IMG/VR virus record: IMGVR_UViG_3300046387_001330 | Strand: one strand, 5' to 3' | DNA length: 64,000 bases | Source of the DNA: an uncultured virus (IMG/VR IMGVR_UViG_3300046387_001330) | Lineage: Duplodnaviria > Heunggongvirae > Uroviricota > Caudoviricetes | Shown here: piece by piece, positions 1 to 9,776 of the stretch | Layout of the letters: every line of letters begins with the position of its first letter | Position numbering within the stretch: position 1 is the stretch's first letter | Position numbers and translations under genes: made by a program | The notes under the pieces: model-generated | The model's input: the letters and a program-made list of their open reading frames with translations, nothing else | Database searches by the model: none | What the model was told of the DNA's origin: nothing

Positions 1-1
1 A

Positions 2-655
2 AAATTAAATCACAAATTTATAAAAATCAGAGAAGATTTAGATTTATGTTTTTTTAGTCATGGATATAATAATAGAAGTATGGTTGAAGAATCATTAAAT
101 CAGTTTGGATTGTCAATTGTAAATTTAAATGATTATATAAAGTTACCCGAATCAAATACTTTTAATGAGATAAAAGGTGCAAAATTGACTGCACTCAGGA
201 AATATTTAGATACATCAACAAAAAAATATATAATAGGTCAAGACGCAGGTGATGTATTTTTTATTAAACATCCAAATTTAGTTATAGAATTATTTGAAGA
301 AAAATTTGATTGCGAGATGCTTTTAAACGGAGAAACTATCGTATTTCCACGTGTTGCAACTAACATTTACAAAAGATTAGATACTCAATTAATATATAAG
401 GATAACGGTAAAAAGTTTAAATTTTTAAACTCGGGATTATTTGTTGCTAAAGTAAATTTTCTTAAAAAGATAATAGACGAGTTAATTGCTACACCATATA
501 TTGGTGATGCAAAGGATCAGGGTCAGTTTCAGCAAATATACGAAAAATATTATCCAAAAATACAGGTTGATGTAGATTGTGAGATATTTCAAACCACCGT
601 ATTTAGGAAAGAAGATCGTGGAAACGATCATAAATTTTTAAAAATAGAGAAATGA
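2..655 (+). CDS. PLOD/lysyl-hydroxylase-type glycosyltransferase domain protein (5'-truncated by window edge)
   Basis: Frame is open from base 2 into the 80..655 ORF. Motifs QDAGDVFF, FLNSGLFV, DQGQF and IQVDVDCEIFQT resemble the GT domain of PLOD/LH3. Confidence 0.6.
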   Translation, partial: KLNHKFIKIREDLDLCFFSHGYNNRSMVEESLNQFGLSIVNLNDYIKLPESNTFNEIKGAKLTALRKYLDTSTKKYIIGQDAGDVFFIKHPNLVIELFEEKFDCEMLLNGETIVFPRVATNIYKRLDTQLIYKDNGKKFKFLNSGLFVAKVNFLKKIIDELIATPYIGDAKDQGQFQQIYEKYYPKIQVDVDCEIFQTTVFRKEDRGNDHKFLKIEK

Positions 656-1497
656 ACTACATAAACATACATTTGAAAGGACTCCTCGCAAACCAAATGT
701 TTTGCGTTTCTGCTTTGTTTGCATATGCTTGGAAACACAACCTCACACCAATTATTAAAAGCAATCAAATATCTCGCAATCACGACAAGGGTAAAGATTC
801 ATTGTTGAAGGTGTTTCCAAACATACCGTTCAACGATGAATTAGATTTTGAGATAGAGGAATTTTTGGAAGAACCAAAGTCGTTGGGATTCCGTTATCAG
901 GAAATACCATTCTACCCAAACAAAAATGTTCAAATGCGTGGATTTCGTCAAAGTGAAAAATATTTTGTGGAATACAAAAAAGAAATTCAAAAAATGTTTG
1001 AACCACAGCATGAAGAAAAAGAGTATCTTGAAAACAAATATGCTGATATATTAAAAAATAGTGTGTCACTTCATATTCGCAAGGGTCGTGATAATGCAGA
1101 TACTTATAGTTCTGCTTATTATTGTTTATTTGAGGATTTGAACACATATTATCCGAATGCACTTCGCAAAATTTTACAAATGGATAAGACAATTGATAAC
1201 ATCGTGATATTCTCGGATGCAGTTGATTGGGTAGAAGAAAATCTTGATTTGTCCGAGTTTGATGCCAATGTAACTTTTGTTCGTGGGGAGAAGGATTACA
1301 TGGATATTCATTTAATGAGTATGTGTGAGTATAACATCATTGCAAACTCCACATTCAGTTGGTGGGGTGCTTGGTTGAATTCAAACGACAATAAGGTGGT
1401 AATTGCTCCAACGGAATGGCACCCGTTGCATAAGAAACGAAAGTTTAGTGATGAAGATATAATTTGTGAAGATTGGATTCGTGTGGAGGTAAAATAA
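652..1497 (+). CDS. Alpha-1,2-fucosyltransferase-like, GT11
   Basis: GLLANQMF, SLHIRKG, IFSD and LMSMCEYNIIANSTFSWWGAWL are GT11 motifs. Confidence 0.88.
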   Translation: MNYINIHLKGLLANQMFCVSALFAYAWKHNLTPIIKSNQISRNHDKGKDSLLKVFPNIPFNDELDFEIEEFLEEPKSLGFRYQEIPFYPNKNVQMRGFRQSEKYFVEYKKEIQKMFEPQHEEKEYLENKYADILKNSVSLHIRKGRDNADTYSSAYYCLFEDLNTYYPNALRKILQMDKTIDNIVIFSDAVDWVEENLDLSEFDANVTFVRGEKDYMDIHLMSMCEYNIIANSTFSWWGAWLNSNDNKVVIAPTEWHPLHKKRKFSDEDIICEDWIRVEVK

Positions 1498-2162
1498 TGG
1501 ATAATATATTAAAATTTTCAGATTTATTTGATGCTATAATTTGTATTTGTATGGAATCAGAAGAGCACAAGTGGGTCAATCAATGCGTTCCTCAGTTTAA
1601 AAAATTGGGAATAAATGTCGATGATGTAATACGGCATCCAGGTGGTGACAAGTCTGAGTTTAAAGGATCGCATGGTTGTTGTGTCGCACATTACAATGTT
1701 CTTAAATTTTGTAAAGAAAAAAAATTTAAAAGACCTTTGATATTAGAAAGTGATTTTTGGGTTACAAAAAAATATAATTTAAATAATATTGTAAATGCGT
1801 TTAATTTTTTGGATAATTTAGAATGGAATGTTATGTCGTTGGGTGGTAAACTTAAATCAAAAAATCCAAAACTTATTTCAAATTCTCTTTTAAAAGCACC
1901 GTCTGAATATACTCATGCCATTGTCTACAATGGAAATCATATTAATCATTTGCTAAAAACTGTAGAAAAAATGCTTAGAATAAAACCAAATCTTAATATA
2001 GATCAAATTTATTCACGATATAGATATGGAATAGCAGATAAATGTTACATGACAAAAGATTTGTGTTTTTTACAAGCAGAAAACAATAAAGCAAACATCA
2101 GAACAAGACGTGCCAGGCAAGTATATAGGAAACGCATAAAAAAGATAAAAGAGCAGATGTAA
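1497..2162 (+). CDS. GT25-family glycosyltransferase
   Basis: FDAIICI, GCCVAH, LILESD, THAIVYN. Start moved to ATG 1497 (GGAGG upstream, TAATG overlap). Confidence 0.65.
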   Translation: MDNILKFSDLFDAIICICMESEEHKWVNQCVPQFKKLGINVDDVIRHPGGDKSEFKGSHGCCVAHYNVLKFCKEKKFKRPLILESDFWVTKKYNLNNIVNAFNFLDNLEWNVMSLGGKLKSKNPKLISNSLLKAPSEYTHAIVYNGNHINHLLKTVEKMLRIKPNLNIDQIYSRYRYGIADKCYMTKDLCFLQAENNKANIRTRRARQVYRKRIKKIKEQM

Positions 2163-2166
2163 AATT

Positions 2167-2793
2167 ATGAATATATCACATACCCATAAATTTTTATTTA
2201 TAGCAATTCCTAAGACGGGTACAACGACAGTCGGTTCTGCTTTAGAAAAATATAGTGCAAAAGTAAAACGGTATAAGGGTGATCAGCACGTTTCATATAA
2301 TTTCTTAAAGGAAAACATGAAACCCACCATTAATTTTGACGACTATTTTAAATTTACAATCGTCAGAAATCCGTGGGACAGGATGGTTTCAGTTTTTCAT
2401 TTTTTAAATATAAAAAAAGACTCAAGCAACTTAGTTGCTCCGGTTACACGAAGAAAATTATACAACAGATATATAAAAAAGTATAAAGGTAATTTTAAGC
2501 AGTTTGTAAAAGGAGTGCCAATTACAGAAATAATTCACACAAGACCTCAATATGATTTTATTTGTAATAATGATGGTACAATTGAACTAAATTTTATTTG
2601 TAAAATGGAAACTTTACAAAATGATCTTGATAATGTTTGTTGTAAAATTGGAATCCCAAATAAGCAACTTCCATACAAAAATAAAAGTAAACACAAACAC
2701 TACACTGAATACTACGATGAAGAAACAAAGCAAATCGTTGCGGAAAAGTACGCAAAGGACATTAAGTATTTCGGGTATGAGTTTGGGGAATAA
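2167..2793 (+). CDS. Sulfotransferase, Sulfotransfer_2 family
   Basis: 5'-PSB loop FIAIPKTGTT, 3'-PB motif FTIVRNPWDRMVS, C-terminal HYTEYY...DIKYFGYEF. Confidence 0.88.
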   Translation: MNISHTHKFLFIAIPKTGTTTVGSALEKYSAKVKRYKGDQHVSYNFLKENMKPTINFDDYFKFTIVRNPWDRMVSVFHFLNIKKDSSNLVAPVTRRKLYNRYIKKYKGNFKQFVKGVPITEIIHTRPQYDFICNNDGTIELNFICKMETLQNDLDNVCCKIGIPNKQLPYKNKSKHKHYTEYYDEETKQIVAEKYAKDIKYFGYEFGE

Positions 2794-2794
2794 A

Positions 2795-3505
2795 ATGAAA
2801 AAAATATTAGTGATAGGTGATTCTCACGCAAGAGTTTATTTTGGTTCACGGGATACTAAAGGTAGGTTAAAATCAAAAGATAAGAATATGAACTCCGTGC
2901 AATCAGATTTTCATTTTGATGTTTATTATGTATCTGGTGCAACTGCTCAAGGTGCTGTAAATCCAAAATCTAAGACAAAAGCATTAAGTACATTTAAAAA
3001 AAGATTAAGTAAAATAAACCCAAATGATTACGATTACATTGCAATTATGTTGGGTGAAGTGGATTGTGGCTTTGTAATTTGGTATCGTTCAGAAAAATAC
3101 TCAATTTCAGTAGAAGACCAACTAAAATTAACAACGAAAAATTTATTTGAGTTTATAGATAAGGAAGTAGTGATCAGATTTGAACCAAGTAAAATAATTT
3201 TGTTTGGAAGTGTACTGCCTACTATAAAAGATAATCAAAAATATGGTGAAATCGCATTAATCAGAAGTTCTATAAAAGCAACACAACACGAAAGAACAAA
3301 TTTAACATTAAGATATAATAAAATATTAAAAGAAACATCAGATAAACACAATTACACTTATATTGACATTACACATGAGACGATTAATAAAAATACAGAA
3401 TTAATTGATGATGATTACTTGAACGGCGATAAAAATGATCACCACCTGTCTTTTAAAAAAATTTGGAAATTTTGGATTAACAAGTTAAAGGAAACTTTAA
3501 AATGA
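2795..3505 (+). CDS. SGNH/GDSL hydrolase-fold protein (glycan O-acyl esterase or transferase)
   Basis: ILVIGDSHA block I, LGEVDC, C-terminal DHHL. True start is ATG 2795, not 2621. Confidence 0.7.
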   Translation: MKKILVIGDSHARVYFGSRDTKGRLKSKDKNMNSVQSDFHFDVYYVSGATAQGAVNPKSKTKALSTFKKRLSKINPNDYDYIAIMLGEVDCGFVIWYRSEKYSISVEDQLKLTTKNLFEFIDKEVVIRFEPSKIILFGSVLPTIKDNQKYGEIALIRSSIKATQHERTNLTLRYNKILKETSDKHNYTYIDITHETINKNTELIDDDYLNGDKNDHHLSFKKIWKFWINKLKETLK

Positions 3506-4104
3506 AAAATGAGCAACATAAATTTATTTTCATTCACATTCCAAAAACGGGTGGAACGAGTATTGAAAACGCATTTAAAAAACGAATTAAAGGTAATCGT
3601 AAGCATTTGACAATGTCTGATTATGAGAATGAGTTAGAATCAGACATTGAAAAATATTTCATATTTTCTGTAATCAGAAATCCGTGGGATAGACTTGTTT
3701 CATATTGGAAATATAGACAAGGTAAAATACACGCACCAATTGACGGAAAAATGAATATATTTAATGACTGGTTAAAATTCATATCATCACTAAATTTAGA
3801 TGATTTACGTGGAAAAACTGAAAAGAGTAATATTCCTGATTTTAGAATGGGACTAGATTCGCAATTCAATTCTCTAATAAACAAACAAAATAAAATAAAT
3901 GTAAATTTAGTTAGATTTGAAAATTTACAAAACGACTTTAACACAATCTGTGACAAAATTGGAATAAAACGTCATCATCTTCCGCATAAAAACAAAAGTA
4001 GACACAAACACTATACTGAATACTACAACGAAGAAACTAAGCAAATTGTTGCAGAAAAATACGAAAAAGATATTGAGTATTTTGATTACAAGTTTGGTTC
4101 GTAG
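3502..4104 (+). CDS. Sulfotransferase, Sulfotransfer_2 family
   Basis: FIHIPKTGGTSI, FSVIRNPWDRLVS, RFENL, HYTEYY. Confidence 0.9.
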   Translation: MKNEQHKFIFIHIPKTGGTSIENAFKKRIKGNRKHLTMSDYENELESDIEKYFIFSVIRNPWDRLVSYWKYRQGKIHAPIDGKMNIFNDWLKFISSLNLDDLRGKTEKSNIPDFRMGLDSQFNSLINKQNKINVNLVRFENLQNDFNTICDKIGIKRHHLPHKNKSRHKHYTEYYNEETKQIVAEKYEKDIEYFDYKFGS

Positions 4105-4132
4105 AAAATCACTCGGTTGGATATTTATTATA

Positions 4133-4819
4133 ATGATGAAAAGTGATAATCCGTTTAGTTTTTTTGAAAAAATTTATTGTATAAACTTACAAACTAGAAC
4201 AGACCGTTGGGAAGAGGTTCAAGTTCAGTTTGATAAAATCGGTATACTTGACAGAGTTGAGAGACTTAATGCAGTTACAAAAGAAGAAGCAATTAAAATT
4301 TCAAAAGTAAAACTTAAAAAGTCGGGAGATATACAAGGGCAGGCGGCAGGATCACTTAGTCATTATACTTGCTTGAAAAAGTCAATAGAAAGTGGAGTCA
4401 AAAATTATTTAGTATTTGAGGATGATGTATATTTTGAAAATTATGATGCAAATGATTTGACACAATCAATAAAAGAATTGCCAACCGATTGGAAAATGTT
4501 CATGATGGGATATAATGGTTGGAATCGCAAGAGACTTGATAACTTTTCATCTAAATTAAATACGGCAGATGCGTTTGGATTAGCACACGCATATGCAGTT
4601 AATCATGTATTTTATGACCAGTACAAGTCAGAGTTTGAAAAAAGAGTAATCCGTGGGGAAACATATCGTGTGCGTTGGTTTAAGAGAATTGAGTATTTTC
4701 TTTCACATACTTGTGATAATTTTCATTTAATGAAAAATAAGTTTGCATTTCAAGAAGTAGGGTATAGTGATATTGCTCAAATGGAAATAGATAGAGAAAC
4801 TGATACAATAATTGAATAA
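4133..4819 (+). CDS. GT25-family glycosyltransferase
   Basis: IYCINL..RTDRW, GSLSH, LVFEDD, AHAYAVN. Start ATG 4133 or 4136, just after TATTTAT. Confidence 0.82.
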   Translation: MMKSDNPFSFFEKIYCINLQTRTDRWEEVQVQFDKIGILDRVERLNAVTKEEAIKISKVKLKKSGDIQGQAAGSLSHYTCLKKSIESGVKNYLVFEDDVYFENYDANDLTQSIKELPTDWKMFMMGYNGWNRKRLDNFSSKLNTADAFGLAHAYAVNHVFYDQYKSEFEKRVIRGETYRVRWFKRIEYFLSHTCDNFHLMKNKFAFQEVGYSDIAQMEIDRETDTIIE

Positions 4820-4823
4820 AAAA

Positions 4824-5555
4824 ATGAGTGATGAACTATTAGATTTTTTTGATGGAATTTACTGCGTTAATTTGGATAATAGAGTTGACAGATGGAATTC
4901 TGCACAAGAAGCATTTAAAAAACTCGGAATAGATGATAAAGTAGAACGATTCAGTGCTGTTGAATGCAAAAGTAATTTAAGTCGGCAGAAAATTGCAAAA
5001 GACTACTATAATATTGATTTACATGGAAATTTATTTCGTAGAAAATATCCAATTCACGGTGCAGTAGGATGTGCTACGAGTCATATTGAAATTTTAAAAA
5101 TTGCTAAAAGCAAAAATTTAAAAAATGTTTTAGTATTTGAAGATGATTTTAAAATTCTTGACGAATACGATAAAAATAGTTTATTGGTTTTAAATGAATT
5201 GCGAGATTATAAAAAATCGTGGGAATTATTATACTTAGGATGGGAGTATGATGGAAAACCACGTGAAACAACGAAAAGTATAAGTAAAAGTAATCGTGGA
5301 TCTAAGAAATTTGGATTGCGAACAACCCGTGCAATTGCATATAATGAAAATGTATTTGACAAGATAATAAAATCAAATCCTTTTAATTCAAAAAAATATG
5401 GTCGTGGTGGTCATATTGATTTTTTTTATAGAAGAAATACATTTGCAAGAATTTTTACAAGACCTGCACTATTTGGAGTTCATAAAAATTCAATAGGATT
5501 GGGTGATATAGATTTATTAAAAAAATTAAACAAGAGAAATAAAAATGGAAAATGA
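4824..5555 (+). CDS. GT25-family glycosyltransferase
   Basis: IYCVNLDNRVDRW, RFSAV, GCATSH, VLVFEDD, WELLYLG. Confidence 0.85.
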   Translation: MSDELLDFFDGIYCVNLDNRVDRWNSAQEAFKKLGIDDKVERFSAVECKSNLSRQKIAKDYYNIDLHGNLFRRKYPIHGAVGCATSHIEILKIAKSKNLKNVLVFEDDFKILDEYDKNSLLVLNELRDYKKSWELLYLGWEYDGKPRETTKSISKSNRGSKKFGLRTTRAIAYNENVFDKIIKSNPFNSKKYGRGGHIDFFYRRNTFARIFTRPALFGVHKNSIGLGDIDLLKKLNKRNKNGK

Positions 5556-6171
5556 GAAAGTATTATTTTTGGGAGATTCAATTACAAGGCACTATTTGCC
5601 TTATACAACAGAATTTTTGAGTAAAAGCAATGTAGAAGCCGTGGAACCAGAAAAGTGGGTTTCTTGTCAATGGAAGCAAATGAGAATGATTGGTCAACTT
5701 TTACAGGGTAAACGAAAGTACGGAGGTCGTAAAGTAAAAGCAGAAACTGTTCATTTTAATTTTGGTTTGCATAGTATTAAATTACCACACAAAGGACATG
5801 ATCCAGAGCATCAACGTGCTACGCAAGAAGATATTGATACCTATGAAAAAGAATTAATTGAAGAAATTGAATATCTTAGAAAATTGAATATTAAAAATAT
5901 ATTATTTTCAAATACAACTCCAAGCCCAAAAAATCATGGAGTTCGCAAGGATGCCGATGTTGTAATTCTAAATGAAATTGCAGACAGAATTATGAGAAAG
6001 TATGATGTTCCATTGAATGATCTATATGGGTTTGTAAAATCACAAGAAGATTATCCAAGATTGTATATGCACCCACGTGCAGAAAATAATTGCCATTTTG
6101 CTGAACATGGTCGTGAGTTACTTGGAAACCAAGTTGGTGAATTTGTTCTTAAGCATATGAAGTCATCGTGA
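5545..6171 (+). CDS. SGNH/GDSL hydrolase
   Basis: VLFLGDSI, HFNFGLH, NTTP, NCHF...G. Confidence 0.78.
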   Translation: MENEKVLFLGDSITRHYLPYTTEFLSKSNVEAVEPEKWVSCQWKQMRMIGQLLQGKRKYGGRKVKAETVHFNFGLHSIKLPHKGHDPEHQRATQEDIDTYEKELIEEIEYLRKLNIKNILFSNTTPSPKNHGVRKDADVVILNEIADRIMRKYDVPLNDLYGFVKSQEDYPRLYMHPRAENNCHFAEHGRELLGNQVGEFVLKHMKSS

Positions 6172-7091
6172 AAAAACATTTCATAATCAGGTCCGGAGAT
6201 GAAAATGCAGGATTTACTGCATACATTAAGTTTGCTCTGAACGGTATTTTACACGCAGAGCAACACGACTTGATTCCGGTGGTAAACTTTGATAATTCTA
6301 TACGTAATTTTTTTTACGAAGAATCTTACGGAGAAAATACTTGGGATTATTATTTTGAACCCGTTGCAAAAGTATCATACGCAGATGTGATCAAAAATGA
6401 TCTACCTAAGTGTACATTAAAAGATCGTCAGTTTCGCAATCAAAACTCACATCCGAATCCGGATCGTGTGGACACATTTTGGAAAAGTGATCGAAAAATT
6501 GGGGGAGATGAACACAAAGGAGATCCAAAAAAGTGGTTAGAAAATAAACGGAAGATTGCACGTAAACTTATGCAGAAGTATGTTGTTGTAAAACCACACA
6601 TTCAAAAAATCGTAGACAACTTTGTAAATGAGAATTTCTACAACAGGAGTATTATAGGATGTCATGTTCGTGGAACTGACTTTGCGTATGCAACGGCAAC
6701 ATCAGTTGAAAAATATTTTGAGATTCTCGATACACAAAAAGACGTACACATTTTTCTTGCAACAGATCAAACTCAGTATGTTGATTTATTTAAGGAACGA
6801 TATGGAGATGAAAAAATTTTAACATACGATAGTATGAGAAGTGATAACGATGTGGCCGCATTTGAACTTGAAAACGGAAGTCCATATAAAAAAGGAGAAG
6901 ATGTATTAATTGACACATTGCTTTTAAGCAGAACAAATTCAATTATCAAGTGTGCAGCTGCAGGAGGAGAGTTTGCTTTATGGTTCAATGAAAATCTTGA
7001 AGTCCTTCACGACTTTGCATTGGAAAGTAAGTTCCAAAAGGGTGGTCATTGGAATCGGGAAAATACTGCATTTAATCGTTTAAAACTTTAA
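6168..7091 (+). CDS. NodZ/GT23-like fucosyltransferase-fold protein
   Basis: GCHVRGTD, IFLATD, DVLIDTLLLSRTN. Confidence 0.75.
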   Translation: MKKHFIIRSGDENAGFTAYIKFALNGILHAEQHDLIPVVNFDNSIRNFFYEESYGENTWDYYFEPVAKVSYADVIKNDLPKCTLKDRQFRNQNSHPNPDRVDTFWKSDRKIGGDEHKGDPKKWLENKRKIARKLMQKYVVVKPHIQKIVDNFVNENFYNRSIIGCHVRGTDFAYATATSVEKYFEILDTQKDVHIFLATDQTQYVDLFKERYGDEKILTYDSMRSDNDVAAFELENGSPYKKGEDVLIDTLLLSRTNSIIKCAAAGGEFALWFNENLEVLHDFALESKFQKGGHWNRENTAFNRLKL

Positions 7092-7110
7092 TGAAAAATA
7101 TTTATACCGA

Positions 7111-7965
7111 ATGAAAGGTATAATATTAGCAGGAGGAAGTGGAACTCGTTTGTATCCAACAACGAGTGTAGCAAGCAAGCAATTGCTTATGCTTTATGAT
7201 AAACCAATGATTTACTATTCGTTATCGAGTTTGTTAAGATTTGGCATCAACGAAATATGTATAATCTCTAACGACATCGGATTGAGATTTTTCCGCAAAC
7301 TTTTCGGTGATGGAAAAAAGTTCGGATGCAAATTTGAGTATGTTCATCAAGAAAAAAGCAACGGAATTGCCGAAGCATTTATTCTTGCGGAAGATTTTAT
7401 TAAAAATGATCCTGTGTGTTTGATTTTGGGTGACAACTTTTTTCATGCGTCAAATAAATTCTTTGAAATTGAAACTCCGATAAAAGGTGGAACGGTGTTT
7501 GCTTATAGGGTGGAAGATCCAGAAAGATATGGAGTTGTTGAATTCGATAAAAACAATGTTGCGTTAAGCATTGAAGAAAAACCAAAGAAACCCAAAAGCA
7601 ATTATGCAGTTACTGGATTATATTTCTACGACAATGATGTGGTGAATATTTCCAAGAATTTAAAACCATCTGACCGAGGTGAGTTAGAGATTACAGATGT
7701 TAATAATGAGTATTTGAAACGAGGTGATCTTAAAGTAAAAGTAATGCCTAATGGAAGTGCTTGGTTAGACGCAGGAACTGCCGAAAGTTTCTTTGATACA
7801 TCTTCGTACATTCGTACTATTCAAAGAAGGCAAGGGGTGTGTATAGGGTGCTTAGAAAGCATCTGCCTTGAGCAAAACTTTATTGATGTTCAGCAATATG
7901 ATCGTTTATTAAGAAAAATTCCGAAATCTTCATATAAAGATGCTTTGCGTGGAAAGTTTTTATAA
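7111..7965 (+). CDS. rfbA: Glucose-1-phosphate thymidylyltransferase
   Basis: MKGIILAGGSGTRLYP, SKQLL.YDKPMIYY, LILGDN, IEEKP..PKSNYAVTGLYFYD, RGELEITD, WLDAGT. Confidence 0.96.
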   Translation: MKGIILAGGSGTRLYPTTSVASKQLLMLYDKPMIYYSLSSLLRFGINEICIISNDIGLRFFRKLFGDGKKFGCKFEYVHQEKSNGIAEAFILAEDFIKNDPVCLILGDNFFHASNKFFEIETPIKGGTVFAYRVEDPERYGVVEFDKNNVALSIEEKPKKPKSNYAVTGLYFYDNDVVNISKNLKPSDRGELEITDVNNEYLKRGDLKVKVMPNGSAWLDAGTAESFFDTSSYIRTIQRRQGVCIGCLESICLEQNFIDVQQYDRLLRKIPKSSYKDALRGKFL

Positions 7966-7979
7966 TAACTAATATTTAT
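7954..7979 (+). repeat. 26-bp direct repeat, copy 1 (copy 2 at 9749-9774)
   Basis: aagtttttataata(ac)taatatttat vs aagtttttataata(tt)taatatttat, 24/26 identical. The copies bracket the two WavQ-like genes. Confidence 0.6.
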
Positions 7980-7984
7980 AATAT

Positions 7985-8863
7985 GTGAAAACAAAAGAAT
8001 TTGTGGTGTGTTCTCCTCCATATGATTTAAATTCAGGTGGTAGTATAGTTCTTCATTATTTATGCTATCTGTTAAATCGACTTGGAGAAACTGCATATAT
8101 GTTTTTTAACGATAAAATTTGGGTTAGAAAATGGAGATATTTTGAAAAAACATTATTTCGCAATGATTTTAAAAATAAACTTTATCAAGGAAATTTTGAG
8201 AATGCGATTGTGGTATATCCCGAGAGAATTAGAGGCAATCCTTATGGTGCAAAAAATGTTGTAAGATTTTTGCTTCATAAACCTGGATTTCATACAAGAG
8301 GAAAAATATGCTTTGGTAAAGATGATCTAGTAGTTGGTTGGGGCAAGGAATGTAGTGGAAGTGGATACAATATAACTGATGAAAATAACATCAAAATTAT
8401 TTACAATATGGATGATGTTTATTATCAAACTAATTTCAATGAAAGAACAAAAACTTGTTATATGATTCGTAAAGCAAATAAACCTCATTCTCCACGAAAA
8501 CATTTTGATGCCCACCCAAACGATGCAATTTGTGTGGATCGTAAATCACACCAAGAAATCGCAAAAATATTTAATGAATGTGATAGATTTATTTGTTATG
8601 ATCCATATACTCATTATTCAACATTTGCGACAAAATGTGGTTGTACAAGCATCGTGATACCGGATGAGGGAGTTTCCAAGGAAGATTGGAAACCTAATGT
8701 AAAAGACACATATGGAATAGCATATGGTTTAAATGATATTGGGTATGCAAAAGAAACCAAAGATAAATTTTTGGAATACCAAAAAGAAATTGAACAAAAC
8801 AATATAGACGCAGTAAGAAAATTCGTTAAATTGTGTGAAAACTATTTACTGAATAATCAATGA
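7985..8863 (+). CDS. WavQ-like putative glycosyltransferase
   Basis: SGGSIVLHYLC.LLN.LG, IVVYPE...NPYGAKNVVRFLLHKPG, FICYDPYT, CGCTSIVIP. GTG start. Confidence 0.65.
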   Translation: MKTKEFVVCSPPYDLNSGGSIVLHYLCYLLNRLGETAYMFFNDKIWVRKWRYFEKTLFRNDFKNKLYQGNFENAIVVYPERIRGNPYGAKNVVRFLLHKPGFHTRGKICFGKDDLVVGWGKECSGSGYNITDENNIKIIYNMDDVYYQTNFNERTKTCYMIRKANKPHSPRKHFDAHPNDAICVDRKSHQEIAKIFNECDRFICYDPYTHYSTFATKCGCTSIVIPDEGVSKEDWKPNVKDTYGIAYGLNDIGYAKETKDKFLEYQKEIEQNNIDAVRKFVKLCENYLLNNQ

Positions 8864-8880
8864 GTCCTGAGTGAGATAGC

Positions 8881-9746
8881 ATGAAAAAAAAAAAACTTAT
8901 TTGATTTCGTCACCAATTTTTGATATAAAAATCGGAGGAGTTTTAATTCTCTTTTATATATGTGAGTTACTGAAAAGTTTAGGTGAAAATGCCTATTTGA
9001 TTTCCCCACCTGAAAATGGGAGGAGAAAGAGATGGAGAAAATATGCCAGAAGAAGTGGATTTAATATAGATTTTTATAATAAGAAAATTACAGATGAAGT
9101 TGTAATTTACCCAGAAATCGAATTAGGTAATCCCAAAAAAGCAAAAAATGTTGTAAGATATTTGCTTCACAAACCGGGACATAATACTCACGGAAAAATC
9201 AACTATGGAGAAGATGAACTCATAGTTGGTTGGGGTAAAGAATGCAGTGGAAGTGGATACAATATAACTGATGAAAATAACATCAAAATAATTTACAATA
9301 TGGATGATGTTTATTATCAAACGAATTTTGGGGAAAGAACAAAAACTTGTTACATGATACGCAAGGCCTTACGAGAAAACCGAAATAAAGACATTTGTTT
9401 ACATCCAAACGATGCAATTTGCTTGGATGGCAAATCACACGAAGAAGTTGCAAAAATATTCAATGAATGCGATAAATTCATTTGTTATGATCCATATACT
9501 CACTACTCTACCTTTGCGACAAAATGTGGTTGTACGAGTATTGTGATACCAGACGAAGGTGTTTCAAAGGAAGATTGGAAACCGAATGTAAAAGACACCT
9601 ATGGAATTGCATATGGTTTAAATGATATTGAGTATGTAAACGAAACCAAAGATAAATTCTTGGAATACCAAAAAGAAATTGAACAAAACAATATAGACGC
9701 AGTAAGAAAATTCGTTAAATTATGTGAAGAATATTTCGTTGATTGA
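8881..9746 (+). pseudogene. WavQ-like paralogue frameshifted in an A12 tract (phase-variable OFF state or sequencing error)
   Basis: ATG 8881 + A12 gives MKKKKLI*. With A10 or A13 it joins the 8901..9746 frame as MKKKTYLISSP, collinear with MKTKEFVVCSP of the upstream paralogue. Confidence 0.7.
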
Positions 9747-9748
9747 TT

Positions 9749-9774
9749 AAGTTTTTATAATATTTAATATTTAT
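9749..9774 (+). repeat. 26-bp direct repeat, copy 2
   Basis: Matches 7954-7979 at 24/26 positions. Confidence 0.6.
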
Positions 9775-9776
9775 CT

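Noticed and set aside
2621..2794. N-terminal extension of the SGNH ORF, and similar + strand ORF 34493..34696
   Set aside because: Both are alternative-frame readings of the conserved sulfotransferase 3' end; their mutual similarity follows from that.
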